64,000 bases of DNA from Patescibacteria group bacterium. GTDB taxonomy: Bacteria; Patescibacteriota; Patescibacteriia; JAXHNJ01. Location of the stretch: NCBI GenBank assembly GCA_043812155.1, contig JBDRMK010000017.1, forward strand, positions 146,509 to 210,508. The letters are read 5' to 3'. A model generated the notes under the pieces. That model saw only the letters and a program-made list of their open reading frames with translations, was not told the origin of the DNA and searched no databases. Shown here piece by piece: positions 29,461-39,128 of the stretch. The stretch's first letter is position 1. Each line of letters begins with the position of its first letter. A program made the translations under genes and the position numbers.

Positions 29461-29492
29461 TAAAAAAAGTCCGCTCGACGGTGAGCGGACTT
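29461..29492 (-). terminator. rho-independent terminator after the REC gene
   Basis: AGTCCGCTC/GAGCGGACT stem with a U-tract on the minus strand. Confidence 0.55.
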
Positions 29493-29499
29493 ACTAGCA

Positions 29500-29880
29500 T
29501 CAACGAACGGAAACCGTCATCTCTTCAATTTTTCCCAGAAGGGACGACGGATTGAAGGGTATGGCCAGATAAAACCAGTACGGATGCTTCGGCCCCCTTC
29601 TTATCTCCTCCGGATTGGATTTTTCCTCCTCCTTCATAAGAAAGATGATGGGGATTTTCGAAGAAATCCTCTGTCCGTGCTTCTTCTGCAGGAATTCCGA
29701 CAGGCCGGCTTGCGGATAAGAGCAGATGATGAGGTCGGGCATTTTTTCCCCGGCCAAAAGCTTTGTCCAGGCGATGCCCGGGTCCGCTGATTCAACCAAT
29801 TCATAATGGTTGCTCATCAAAACGGCCTTCAGAATATGCTGTCTCTCGGAATCCTCTTCAATAACCAGTATCTTCAACAT
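29500..29880 (-). CDS. single-domain response-regulator receiver protein (CheY-like)
   Basis: MLKILVIEEDSE...DLIICSY fits the REC fold. Start at the internal Met. Confidence 0.55.
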   Translation of the reverse strand: MLKILVIEEDSERQHILKAVLMSNHYELVESADPGIAWTKLLAGEKMPDLIICSYPQAGLSEFLQKKHGQRISSKIPIIFLMKEEEKSNPEEIRRGPKHPYWFYLAIPFNPSSLLGKIEEMTVSVR

Positions 29881-30177
29881 GGCGCTCACTCCCATTTGCA
29901 CGCGGGAGTTTTATGAAATGAACAAAATAAAAGCCTCACGCTTTGTGAGACTTTTTTACTTCAACATAACCAAACATCACCCCTTTTGTGCCGGTTTCGC
30001 TCTATAACGCCCCCGATAACGGGATTTCCTCTCCAATCCACTTAGCGACCGCATAGGACTAAAGAGTTTCTTTGGCGTCTCACAAAGGTTTACTAACCTA
30101 CTGTTGTGAATTAACAAAGCCTATATTTTAGGCTGGAGCTATCTTAGCTTATTTTCGCTTTTCTGTCAAGAGGCTTA

Positions 30178-30706
30178 TTAGATATTAAGCGATTAAGCGA
30201 TCAAGATATTGAGATTTTTTTGAGAGATTATAAATAAGACTGTTAATGCCTTTTATCAGGCCATTGTAACTCTCGTCAAGAATTTTAAAATTTCTTTCAG
30301 TCATGTAATGCTGACTTAAAGCAATCCTTAAATGGCTTTGAATTTCGTAAATTTCTCCCCGGCTGATATAGAGAATGCGGAATTTATCCTTATAATGGAA
30401 CCGGCCCTGGCTTTCCGCGATATTAGCCGCCACGGAAACGGCGGCTCGTCTCATCTGCGTGGTTAAACCAAAAATCTCGTCTTTGGGAAAAACGCGGGTT
30501 ACCTTGTAAATTTGTTCCGCCAAGCTTTGAGCTTTTTGCCAAATCTTTAAATCAAAAAAAGCGCGAGCCATATTTATTCCTTTCGCGCCACCATTTGTCT
30601 ATTTATATTTTAACTGAAGTCTTTAATAAGTCAAGTCCATTTATTCGCTCAGCATCTTAATCGCTTAATCGCTCACTCGCTCAATATCTCAATCACTTAA
30701 TATCTA
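30178..30706. mobile_element. TIR-flanked cassette carrying the four-helix-bundle gene
   Basis: Outer 12-mers TTAGATATTAAG (30178-30189) and CTTAATATCTAG (30695-30706) are inverted. Inner shared blocks CGATTAAGCGAT and ATCGCTTAATCG and a CAATATCT motif complete the imperfect TIRs. The outer ends supply the stop codons of both flanking ORFs. Confidence 0.5.
30185..30571 (-). CDS. four-helix-bundle protein (TIGR02436; '23S rRNA intervening-sequence protein' family)
   Basis: 128 aa with the characteristic pattern (IWQKAxxLA...AAxSVAANIAES...ISRGEIYEIQSHL). Confidence 0.8.
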   Translation of the reverse strand: MARAFFDLKIWQKAQSLAEQIYKVTRVFPKDEIFGLTTQMRRAAVSVAANIAESQGRFHYKDKFRILYISRGEIYEIQSHLRIALSQHYMTERNFKILDESYNGLIKGINSLIYNLSKKSQYLDRLIA

Positions 30707-31327
30707 GACATCTTTTTCCATAATCACCACTTCCGCCTGCACCGCTTGTTTCAAATTTATCGCGTCTTCGGCTGACCCGGCCGCTTCCCCGTAATGCATC
30801 GGAATAACTGTTTTCGGCGCAATGGCTTGGACGGCTTCGGCCGCTTCCTGCCAGTTCATGGTATAAGTGCCGCCGACCGGCAACATGGCGATACTGATAT
30901 TTTTCAGTTCTTTCATTTCAGGGATAAAATCCGTGTCCCCGGCGTGATATATCCGCTGGCCGTCAATTTCCAAAATAAAGCCCAGGCCGCCGCTTTCTTT
31001 CGGATGAAATTCTTTATTAATATTATAGGCCGGCACGACTTCAATTTTTAGGCCTTCAACCGTCAATGTGTCGCCGGGCTTAAGCGTCCTCACCTTTCCG
31101 CCGATCTTCGGAGCCACTTCAGCCTGACAAAAGATCAGGGTCTTTTCGCCCCGGATCTTGGCGATGCTTTCCGGCGAAAAATGGTCAAAATGGCTGTGAG
31201 TGATAAAAATAAAATCGGCCATCGGCGCCGTGCCTGGAATTTTATAGGGATCAAGATAAATTGTTTTTCCTTGCTTGGTGATTATTTTGAAACCCGATTG
31301 GCCCAGCCATTTTATATTTTCCCGCAT
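30704..31327 (-). CDS. MBL-fold metallo-hydrolase
   Basis: HSHFDH metal-binding motif and MBL beta-sandwich pattern. Confidence 0.75.
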   Translation of the reverse strand: MRENIKWLGQSGFKIITKQGKTIYLDPYKIPGTAPMADFIFITHSHFDHFSPESIAKIRGEKTLIFCQAEVAPKIGGKVRTLKPGDTLTVEGLKIEVVPAYNINKEFHPKESGGLGFILEIDGQRIYHAGDTDFIPEMKELKNISIAMLPVGGTYTMNWQEAAEAVQAIAPKTVIPMHYGEAAGSAEDAINLKQAVQAEVVIMEKDV

Positions 31328-31340
31328 ATATTGTTGGCGG

Positions 31341-32093
31341 TTAAATCTTTCTTTCTTTGCCGACGATAATGTTCAGCCGTTTCGGGACAATTTCCACGCT
31401 CGCCGGGGTTTTGACCACGGTCTGACCGTCAAGCAAAAGCGGGACGCATTCGGTATCGCATTTTATTTTCGCTTTTTTTATGGTAAAAACGCTGTCTTTT
31501 TTATAGCTTTTTTTAAAGATATTCCAACCCGAATTTTGATTAACGACCACCGCTTCCAATAGTCCGTCGCCGGGGTTAAAAAAGGCGCCTTCTTCCAGCC
31601 GCCCTAAATTGCAGATCCGCAAAAGAGAAGACGGGGTAACGGTCTTAAAATTATAATGATCGTCACATTCAATCACCACGTTATTTTTCGTCACCTCCAA
31701 AGAAAAAAGGAAGTATTTTTCATTGGCTTTCCCTAAATCAAATTTCTTGATCATTCTTTTGGATAGAACGTCGCAAGCCGCCACCCCGTTGGGAATGCCT
31801 AAAAGCCGGGCAATCGACTGTTTTTGCCCCAAAGGAATATAGCCCAAGATTATCTTGCGGAAAGGGGCCACGTAGCTTATTACCTTGCCTAAGGTCATGT
31901 CATCACCCATTACTACGAGCGTTTCCGCTCCTTTTTTTATGCCGTCTTCCACGATCTCCTTAAGATTCTTCAAAATAGTCAGTTTATCCACCCGGCCGTT
32001 TATTCCTAACGCTAAAATTCTCGCTTCAATCTGCGAAATTTCATTTTCGTATCTTTTATCCGATAAAAAAGAATCGTAAATGTAGTGGTACAT
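31341..32093 (-). CDS. DAGK_cat-family lipid kinase (YegS/DgkA-like)
   Basis: VVMGDDMTLGKV resembles the GGDGT nucleotide-binding loop of diacylglycerol-kinase catalytic domains. Confidence 0.5.
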   Translation of the reverse strand: MYHYIYDSFLSDKRYENEISQIEARILALGINGRVDKLTILKNLKEIVEDGIKKGAETLVVMGDDMTLGKVISYVAPFRKIILGYIPLGQKQSIARLLGIPNGVAACDVLSKRMIKKFDLGKANEKYFLFSLEVTKNNVVIECDDHYNFKTVTPSSLLRICNLGRLEEGAFFNPGDGLLEAVVVNQNSGWNIFKKSYKKDSVFTIKKAKIKCDTECVPLLLDGQTVVKTPASVEIVPKRLNIIVGKERKI

Positions 32094-32113
32094 GATCTAA
32101 AAAATTATCCGGG

Positions 32114-32533
32114 TTATTTTTTGTTTTTCTTCTTGTCGTCACTGACGAATAATTCATGATTCACTTCAATCACCGCCCCTTCCTTTTTCCCCATCTGGCA
32201 TTTGCCGTTTAGCATTCCGCCCTCTTCAACCGATAAGATATTGGTTTCCACGTTGCCGAAAATTTTGGCGGTGGATTTCAGCTGCAATTTCTCCGAAACC
32301 TTCACATTACCTCTAATTTCCCCTGCTTGAAAAATGCTGGCCGCTTCCACGTCCGCCTTGATCCGGGCTCCCTGTCCGATTCTCACATTTTTTGAAGTTT
32401 TCAGGGTCCCCGTCAGTTGACCCTCGATCACGACGTCGCCGTCACTGGAAAAATTCCCTTCCACTTTCACGGAAGGGCCGATCACGGTTTCGGCTTCTTT
32501 TTGATTTTCTTGGTCAGATCTAAACATGGCCAT
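32114..32533 (-). CDS. bactofilin (polymer-forming cytoskeletal protein)
   Basis: Beta-helical repeats (VIEGQLTGTL...VRIGQGARIKADVEA...EIRGNVKV) typical of DUF583. Confidence 0.75.
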   Translation of the reverse strand: MAMFRSDQENQKEAETVIGPSVKVEGNFSSDGDVVIEGQLTGTLKTSKNVRIGQGARIKADVEAASIFQAGEIRGNVKVSEKLQLKSTAKIFGNVETNILSVEEGGMLNGKCQMGKKEGAVIEVNHELFVSDDKKKNKK

Positions 32534-32694
32534 AAGATTAAATTTAATGATTATAAATACTCACTTATTGTAGAAGAATATGATGAAATTGTCAAAGGAA
32601 CGTCTTGACATTTTTTATTCTTAAAGTTAAGATATGAACACAAAATTAGTACAGCCAAAGGTATTTACCCTCATCAGAAACGGAGGCAAAAGTG

Positions 32695-33258
32695 ATGAGA
32701 AAAATACTCTTGCTCGCGATTCTCGCCCTTTTCATTCTTCCCCTTATGGTCTCCGCGCAGAGCCCCTGCCTGGAAACCTGGGTCAGCCGGCATCCCGGAG
32801 AAACTCCGCTCATGCAGTGGTCGCCCGCTCCGGCCTGGACCAATCAAGCTCCTCTGGAAATCGGCGCCACTACTTGCCAAGAAGGCGTCAGCCTCTTTGA
32901 CCAGGTTTGGCGCGGACCGGATTCGGCTTCTTGGATCATCAATGTCTATGTTTATCGCGCGGCTTTGAACAGCGGATCGTTTTACATCTATGTGACGGCT
33001 GATTCCAGCGCCGCCGGCGTTCTCGCCCTGGATCTGTCAAACGCTTTCGGATTTTCCGACCGCTGCAAATGGTCAAGCGGCCACTCCCTCAACCTGAAGA
33101 ACGTACCGGAATTTCAGTTCGATCCGGAACATCCTTACTATCTACGGGTAGTGATCGCCTCAAACAGCCACGCGGTCTGCGCCTTGCGCTTCTGCGCCGA
33201 CGAAACGATCGGCGTCGAGCCCACCAGCTGGGGAATAATCAAGGGGATTTACCGGTAA
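32695..33258 (+). CDS. secreted Cys-containing hypothetical protein
   Basis: Signal peptide MMRKILLLAILALFILPLMVSA, RBS GGAGG. Local GC is about 56%. Confidence 0.5.
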   Translation: MRKILLLAILALFILPLMVSAQSPCLETWVSRHPGETPLMQWSPAPAWTNQAPLEIGATTCQEGVSLFDQVWRGPDSASWIINVYVYRAALNSGSFYIYVTADSSAAGVLALDLSNAFGFSDRCKWSSGHSLNLKNVPEFQFDPEHPYYLRVVIASNSHAVCALRFCADETIGVEPTSWGIIKGIYR

Positions 33259-33281
33259 GCCGGAAATCTCGCGGATATTAA

Positions 33282-33327
33282 AGCGGGTCGACCATGTTAA
33301 ATGGTCAGCCCGCTTCTTTTTATTTTT
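33282..33327 (+). terminator. rho-independent terminator
   Basis: AGCGGGTCGACC...GGTCAGCCCGCT stem followed by a T-rich tract. Confidence 0.6.
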
Positions 33328-33349
33328 GGCAAGTTCTGCCCGAATATCT

Positions 33350-36300
33350 TTAAGGAATGGATAATTGCCAGCCGATTTGGATGACGCCGGGATTTGAGGA
33401 TAAAGTCGGATAAACGAATTTATTCGCCTCAATAATCTTAGTATAATCGCGTCCGTTCCCGTAGAATCTTTCCGCGAGCTTCCACAAGGAATCGCCGGCC
33501 GCCACCGTGTATTTTACTTTACCGATAAATTGAAATACTGTTTCAGAAAATACATCAGCCGCCGAAGTTTTGGTAAAATTTAAGGCATTGGAAATCCTAG
33601 AGGATTTGCCGTTCAAATCAAAGGCGCGGACGGTAATTTCGTAACTTCCCTGGCCCAAACCGGAAACCGGCAGAGAATAAGCGAAAGAAGGCGTTTCATT
33701 AAGAGCGTTATTTACTACGGCGAATTCGTCCACGTATTGGCCGTCAACATAAACCTTGATCAAAGAATCATTGCGCGCCACGCCGCGGATGATCACTTCG
33801 GGATTGGTTCCGTCCTTGAAAATCGGCTCAAAAAGCGTGGGCGTGATATAAGGCAAAGCCACGGTAAAATAAATTTTTGGCGATCGATCCGAATAAACTC
33901 CGTCCGCATTGCGGGCGATCGTATATACGCTATGCACCCCGTTGGATAAATTCCTTCTTATTTTATAGAAAAATGAGCCGGTATCGGAAGGATGATCAGT
34001 GGAAAGAACCGTTTTTTCCAGATCATTATCAATAAAAATAAAAATAGTGTTATTAGAACGGGCCAGGCCGGTGATCGTCGGGCTTGAGGTGTCGATCGTA
34101 CTGTCGGCCTCTGGAAAAACAATGGTCGGCGAAGCCAAATAGGCCGACTCAGCCGCCAAAATAAATGTTTTGTCCGTTTCAAAAGCCGCCGTGTTGCCCG
34201 TGCTGAAAACTTTATAATGATAAGTCGTGCTGGCGGTCAATCCAGTAATCGTTATTTCATGAAGAGTGGTCAGGGTCGCACTGCTTGCCTCGCTTCCGTA
34301 ATCCGTGGTCAAGCCGTAAAGAACCCGGGAATCCGCCGCGTGATTGGTCGTCCAGGAGATTTTTACTGAAGTCGAAGAAAGCTGAGTCGCCGCCACGTTG
34401 CTGATGACCGTCCGGTCGCTGGTCACGATCGCTTCGGTTGTTGAATATTCGCTTTCAACGCCGTCCCCGTTTTTCGCTTTTACTTGAAAACTATAGGTAG
34501 TTTCCGGAGACAAACCGGTAATCGTTATGCCGCTGCTTCCCCAGACTGCTTGCGTCTGCCAGACCGCGGCCGGACCCAAAGAACCATCGGCTTGAACGTA
34601 ATTTCCCGTGCCAGCTTCATAAATCGCAAAAGATGTCGCCGCCGGATTATCATTATTATTGATCGATAGAGTCACGGTCGTCGCCGTAGAAACCAGGGTC
34701 GGTGTCCCCGGCACGTTGGCCAAAGTGTAGACCGAAGCAGAGGTCCCGTAGGAACTGGTGTTGCCCTGACTGTCGGTAAACCTGACATCGTAAGTATATT
34801 GAGTGTTGGGATTTAAAGAAGAATCGGTCTTTGTGCTTGTGCTGTTTGAGACGGCGGTTAAAGCGGTTGTGCCGTCCCTTCTTACCTGCCAGGTAGAAAG
34901 ACCGGACCCGTTTTCCGTCACGCTTGAAGGTTTGTTTAAGACAATGGAACTTGAAGTAAGGGTGCCGAAAGTGGGAGCGCCGACGCTTGAGGGAGCTTTA
35001 TTATCCACTCCAAAAGCCGAGGAAGTAGCCCAGGCGCTGGCGTTATCCGTACCGTCATTAGGCCTCACTTGCAAGTAAACGCTTGAATCCTCGGTATCGG
35101 CTAAATCCGTGGCGCTATCCCAAGCAAAAACATGGTCTTCACCCGGACTGGCTGAAGCAGTTAAGCCGGTTAAACCATCTCCTCCGGCAGTCATGGTCGC
35201 GTCTGTCCAGGAAGAACCGTCAACGGAATATTCAAGGCCTGAAGAAGCACCCTGAGAAATATTTGAAGTATCGCTGTCATAATCAACCAGATTGTAATTG
35301 ACCGAAATATCTCCTGACTGCCAGGTGGAAAAATCATCGTCAAAAGTGGCCTCAGGGTAATTATTCAAAGTCAGGGAAAGATTATCCAAAGAGACTTCTT
35401 GAGTGCCGTCGGAATGGAAAAAGGCCCGAATCAGAAGTTGGCCAGAGCCGGCCGGAAAAGTCGAGACATTCGTATCGATGTCAGAAGCTGTATTGGCTTG
35501 GCTGTAAGTGCCGTCGGAAGCGATCCAACCACCGCTGTAATATGACCAGGTGGAACCGTCATTATTGCTTAAAATGTATTTGATCTCGCCTCCATTTTTG
35601 GTGGCCGTTTCGGAAAAAGCGGATAACGTATCAAATGTGACGGCCGTACTATTAGTGATGACGGGGTCGTCGGCAGGATAAATCGTTTCCTCACTACCGG
35701 CGCTAGCTGTCTCTCCTAAACTTTTCCAAGCTTTATAATCATCCCATTCTGCTTCAGCATCGTCCCAAGTGTGAACTGTGGGATAAGCCCTATTAGCACA
35801 ATTAGATAGACTTTCGGTTGCTTGCTGAATAGCCTGAGTGCCATCAAGATAGCCCGTAATTTGTAACCAGCCAGGATCATCGCCACAGGTTGGTCGCCAA
35901 GTAGATTGTACATCTAATAATTGTGTATAACGAGTATCAACATTTTGACTAACAGTAATTGTTTCTCCAGTCCATGGTCCTTCGCCCATACCTGAATATA
36001 AAGTTACAATATTGGTGCTAGGTTGAGAACCCCACCACCAAACACCAATATCATTATCACCTTCATTTACATTATCATATATTCCGACGCTCATTAAATC
36101 AGTAGTGGCACTAGTACGCTTGCCCATTACTTCTAAATAGTAGTCATGGGCAGAGATATCCATAGTAGCGGTTTGATCAGCAATTAAACAATTAATGTTT
36201 GTTGGCCCAACGCCGGTTTTTTTTAATTTTCCATCAGCGACTGAAATTCTACTGGCACAATCGGCTCCAATCACTGTCCAGCTTGGATCAGAAGAAAAAT

Positions 36301-36880
36301 CTTCGTAATATTCGTAAACATTAGAATAATTTTCTGGCGGACTGGTAGCACTATCGTTATCATAATACAAATAATAACCACTATCTGATTCGGTAGCGGA
36401 AATAGCTGCCTGGGCTTTAAAACGCACCGTATTTAAACTCGGAGTAACGGCTAAATCTTGCGCCAGATAATCCCGGTCAATCTCGGTATTGGCTGACCCG
36501 TTCCAATAGACGATTCTTAAGTCATACTGATTCGCCTGCATTTTTAAGGCCGCCACCAAAGAAGCGATATCGGCATTAAGCGTCAGGGTGTCATCCGTCG
36601 TAATGGCCGTCGAACCGGCCGTTACCGTGATTTTTTTCCGATAGGCGTAGTCCGTATCCCACCAGGCCGGAGAACGCCCCAAGACCGCCTGGCCGCCGGT
36701 CACCTGAATTTTTGTGTCGTCATAAGTATAATTGCCGGCCGTGGTAAAGGGGATATTCTGAGTGGCGGCCAAAACTTTAGACGGTAAAGGGATATAATTG
36801 AAATTCAGAACAAAAACAAGAGCAAAGATTAATAATGCCTGTAAAACTTTTTGCCATTTTTTTGTTTTCTTGGTCGCCAT
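33350..36880 (-). CDS. giant cell-surface protein: signal peptide, FN3/Ig-like domains, conserved Big-like C-terminal module, C-terminal LysM
   Basis: 1176 aa. FN3-like segment (SVKISWTTNHAADSRVLYGLTTDYG...TYHYKVFSTGN). The last 50 aa are LysM-like (VAAGDSLWKLAERFYGNGRDYTKIIEANKFVYP...GWQLSIP). Confidence 0.75.
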   Translation of the reverse strand: MATKKTKKWQKVLQALLIFALVFVLNFNYIPLPSKVLAATQNIPFTTAGNYTYDDTKIQVTGGQAVLGRSPAWWDTDYAYRKKITVTAGSTAITTDDTLTLNADIASLVAALKMQANQYDLRIVYWNGSANTEIDRDYLAQDLAVTPSLNTVRFKAQAAISATESDSGYYLYYDNDSATSPPENYSNVYEYYEDFSSDPSWTVIGADCASRISVADGKLKKTGVGPTNINCLIADQTATMDISAHDYYLEVMGKRTSATTDLMSVGIYDNVNEGDNDIGVWWWGSQPSTNIVTLYSGMGEGPWTGETITVSQNVDTRYTQLLDVQSTWRPTCGDDPGWLQITGYLDGTQAIQQATESLSNCANRAYPTVHTWDDAEAEWDDYKAWKSLGETASAGSEETIYPADDPVITNSTAVTFDTLSAFSETATKNGGEIKYILSNNDGSTWSYYSGGWIASDGTYSQANTASDIDTNVSTFPAGSGQLLIRAFFHSDGTQEVSLDNLSLTLNNYPEATFDDDFSTWQSGDISVNYNLVDYDSDTSNISQGASSGLEYSVDGSSWTDATMTAGGDGLTGLTASASPGEDHVFAWDSATDLADTEDSSVYLQVRPNDGTDNASAWATSSAFGVDNKAPSSVGAPTFGTLTSSSIVLNKPSSVTENGSGLSTWQVRRDGTTALTAVSNSTSTKTDSSLNPNTQYTYDVRFTDSQGNTSSYGTSASVYTLANVPGTPTLVSTATTVTLSINNNDNPAATSFAIYEAGTGNYVQADGSLGPAAVWQTQAVWGSSGITITGLSPETTYSFQVKAKNGDGVESEYSTTEAIVTSDRTVISNVAATQLSSTSVKISWTTNHAADSRVLYGLTTDYGSEASSATLTTLHEITITGLTASTTYHYKVFSTGNTAAFETDKTFILAAESAYLASPTIVFPEADSTIDTSSPTITGLARSNNTIFIFIDNDLEKTVLSTDHPSDTGSFFYKIRRNLSNGVHSVYTIARNADGVYSDRSPKIYFTVALPYITPTLFEPIFKDGTNPEVIIRGVARNDSLIKVYVDGQYVDEFAVVNNALNETPSFAYSLPVSGLGQGSYEITVRAFDLNGKSSRISNALNFTKTSAADVFSETVFQFIGKVKYTVAAGDSLWKLAERFYGNGRDYTKIIEANKFVYPTLSSNPGVIQIGWQLSIP

Positions 36881-36897
36881 TATTTTTGTATCTCTGA

Positions 36898-39126
36898 TTA
36901 GAATATTTTGACGTAATAACCTGTTTTGTAAAATTGAAAAGAATTAGAAATAAGAGAAGCCTTGCCGGAAAAATCAAAAGCTTGAGCCCGTACCTGATGC
37001 TGACCGGTACTTAAATTATTTAAGGGAATTTTATAGGAAAAATAGACCGTGTCGAGATTTTTATCGATTACCGGAAACTGAATGTAGGTCTTGCCGTCTA
37101 AATATATTTTTATCAATGAATTATTGTGGCAGACCCCCCTAATAATTAAACCGGGGCTTCCCCGATAATCAGCGACTGGCGGAAAAAGTGTCGGGCCGAT
37201 ATACGGTAATTCCACGGTAAAATATATTTTCGGCGAACGTTCGGAAAAAACTCCGTCGGCATTGCGGGCGATCGTGTAAACACTGTGCTGACCGGGCGAT
37301 AAATTCCGCCTTAATTTATAGAAAAAGGAGCCGGTGCCGGAAGAATGATTAGTGGAAAGAACCGCGTTTTCCAAATCGCTGTCAATAAAAATAAAAATTG
37401 TGTTATTGGAGCGGGCCAAGCCGATGATCGTCGGTTTTGTCACGTTCATAGTTATTTCATTTTGCGGATAAAGAACCGTTGGCGAGGCTAAATAGGGCAA
37501 ATCTTCTATTTCTTCTATTGTTTCTGCTGGCAGGGAACAAGAGCGGGATATCGCGGGTCTGTCAGCCGTTGTTCCGCAATTATTAGCATCCGTGCAAACG
37601 CGGGTCTCAAGACTACTGGCACAAGTTGACCAATCGGCACAGGACCAACTTTCAACACAGGGGCAAACACCTCCTTCGTCAATACTACCATCACAATCAT
37701 TATCTATACTGTCGCATATCTCGGTGGCTCCGGGATGAACAGCGCTGTTCGAATCATCACAATCAACTCCGGTATGGGCGCAGGTGCCTAAACTTGAAGC
37801 GCCATAGCCGTCGCTGTCCGCATCCGTGCAAGCGGAACACCAGTAGCTTTCGTCCGCTTCGCCGGAACAATTATTATCCAGGCCGTCGGCGCAGACTTCC
37901 GCCGCCCCAGGATTGATACTTGAGCTTTCAACGCGGCAGGATAAATCGCTTAATTTTGAAAGGGTAAAAGTGCCGTCTTCCTGCCAATTTACTCTTTTCA
38001 CCCGTAAAGCCCGCAAGTGGTCCGTGGCGTCCCCGGAATATTCATTGGAAATACTTTCTGTCATGAACCAAGTATCATCGTATGGCTTTACTACCTCAAT
38101 AGCGTTAACCCCAGCGTCAGGGATAGACCCTTGATAAACCCAATTAGCGCTGCCGCTGTCATCGGCCGTCAAATTTTCCGAGGTAGCGTATTGCACCATG
38201 GCCGGCGGCTCGGTATCCGACCAGTCGGTAAAAGTCAGATAATAATTACCATTATATTCCATGGCAAACGGATTTTCCGCCTGACCGCCCTTAGTGGCAT
38301 TAATATATCCTGCGCCGGTCCAATCAACTAAATTATCCGAATATGCCACATCAACAACGGCTTGGCCTCCCGGTTTGTATTTCGCGGTAGCGAACATCAC
38401 CCAACGGCTGTTTGTTTCATCTCTGATAACCATCGGGTCCCGGCATTGCTCATCAAAACTTGTGCCATCACCCCAGGTCGTCCAAGCGTTATCGCATTCG
38501 TAGATGCAGCCGTCTTGGACTACGCCGGAACATTTGCCGGTGGTCGGGTAAAGAGTCCAAGTATTGAGATCCGTGGAAGTGGCCAGGCCGATGCGTTCCG
38601 TCCAGGGATTGGTTCCCGACTGAACGCCGGTAAAAAACATATAATACGTGCTGCCGCTTTTGACAATATGCGGCGCCCAGATCGATGCGTAATAAGTGCC
38701 GGCCTGTCGGGCCAAAGCCGTACCGACATAAGCAAGGTTCTTAAAATCAGTCGTGGTAAAATGAGCGATATCGCTATATATCGAAGATCTGTTCCACATG
38801 TGGAAAAATAGGTGCCAGACGCCGCTGTCATCCTGGATCCAGGCATGATCCGCGATATCGTTTGTGCCGTCCGGATCGCCGTACGAGGCCAGAAAAGCCG
38901 GCGCCGCCGTCTCATCGCAACTTTCATTATTCTTATAGGCGGAATAAAGAGTGTCCATACAGTCATTTCCGCCTGATCCTTCGCTGGCGTAGCCGTCGCT
39001 ATCCAGATCTGTTGAACCGTAAACTCTCGCCCACCAAAAAAATCCCGTGGCCAAAATCAGACACAGAGAAATAATAAGAAATTGTTTATGTTTTATTTTT
39101 GTTTTTAACAAACTTTTTATCCTCAA
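36898..39126 (-). CDS. surface protein: five-bladed beta-propeller glycoside-hydrolase-like domain (GH43/GH32-like) + Cys/Asp-rich metal-binding repeats + conserved Big-like C-terminal module
   Basis: WHLFFHMW, SIWAPHIV...YYMFFTG and DPMVIRDE motifs. DCDDSNSAVHPGATEICDSIDNDCDG repeats. C-terminal module about 75% identical to the neighbours. No LysM. Confidence 0.65.
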   Translation of the reverse strand: MRIKSLLKTKIKHKQFLIISLCLILATGFFWWARVYGSTDLDSDGYASEGSGGNDCMDTLYSAYKNNESCDETAAPAFLASYGDPDGTNDIADHAWIQDDSGVWHLFFHMWNRSSIYSDIAHFTTTDFKNLAYVGTALARQAGTYYASIWAPHIVKSGSTYYMFFTGVQSGTNPWTERIGLATSTDLNTWTLYPTTGKCSGVVQDGCIYECDNAWTTWGDGTSFDEQCRDPMVIRDETNSRWVMFATAKYKPGGQAVVDVAYSDNLVDWTGAGYINATKGGQAENPFAMEYNGNYYLTFTDWSDTEPPAMVQYATSENLTADDSGSANWVYQGSIPDAGVNAIEVVKPYDDTWFMTESISNEYSGDATDHLRALRVKRVNWQEDGTFTLSKLSDLSCRVESSSINPGAAEVCADGLDNNCSGEADESYWCSACTDADSDGYGASSLGTCAHTGVDCDDSNSAVHPGATEICDSIDNDCDGSIDEGGVCPCVESWSCADWSTCASSLETRVCTDANNCGTTADRPAISRSCSLPAETIEEIEDLPYLASPTVLYPQNEITMNVTKPTIIGLARSNNTIFIFIDSDLENAVLSTNHSSGTGSFFYKLRRNLSPGQHSVYTIARNADGVFSERSPKIYFTVELPYIGPTLFPPVADYRGSPGLIIRGVCHNNSLIKIYLDGKTYIQFPVIDKNLDTVYFSYKIPLNNLSTGQHQVRAQAFDFSGKASLISNSFQFYKTGYYVKIF

Positions 39127-39128
39127 AC

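Noticed and set aside
29900-30184. Possible ncRNA (tmRNA, RNase P or SRP) in the 285-nt spacer upstream of the REC gene
   Set aside because: No conserved motifs of those RNAs were found (no GGUUCGA tRNA-like end, no P4 or domain IV consensus). Only short hairpins and an 11-nt long-range inverted repeat are present.
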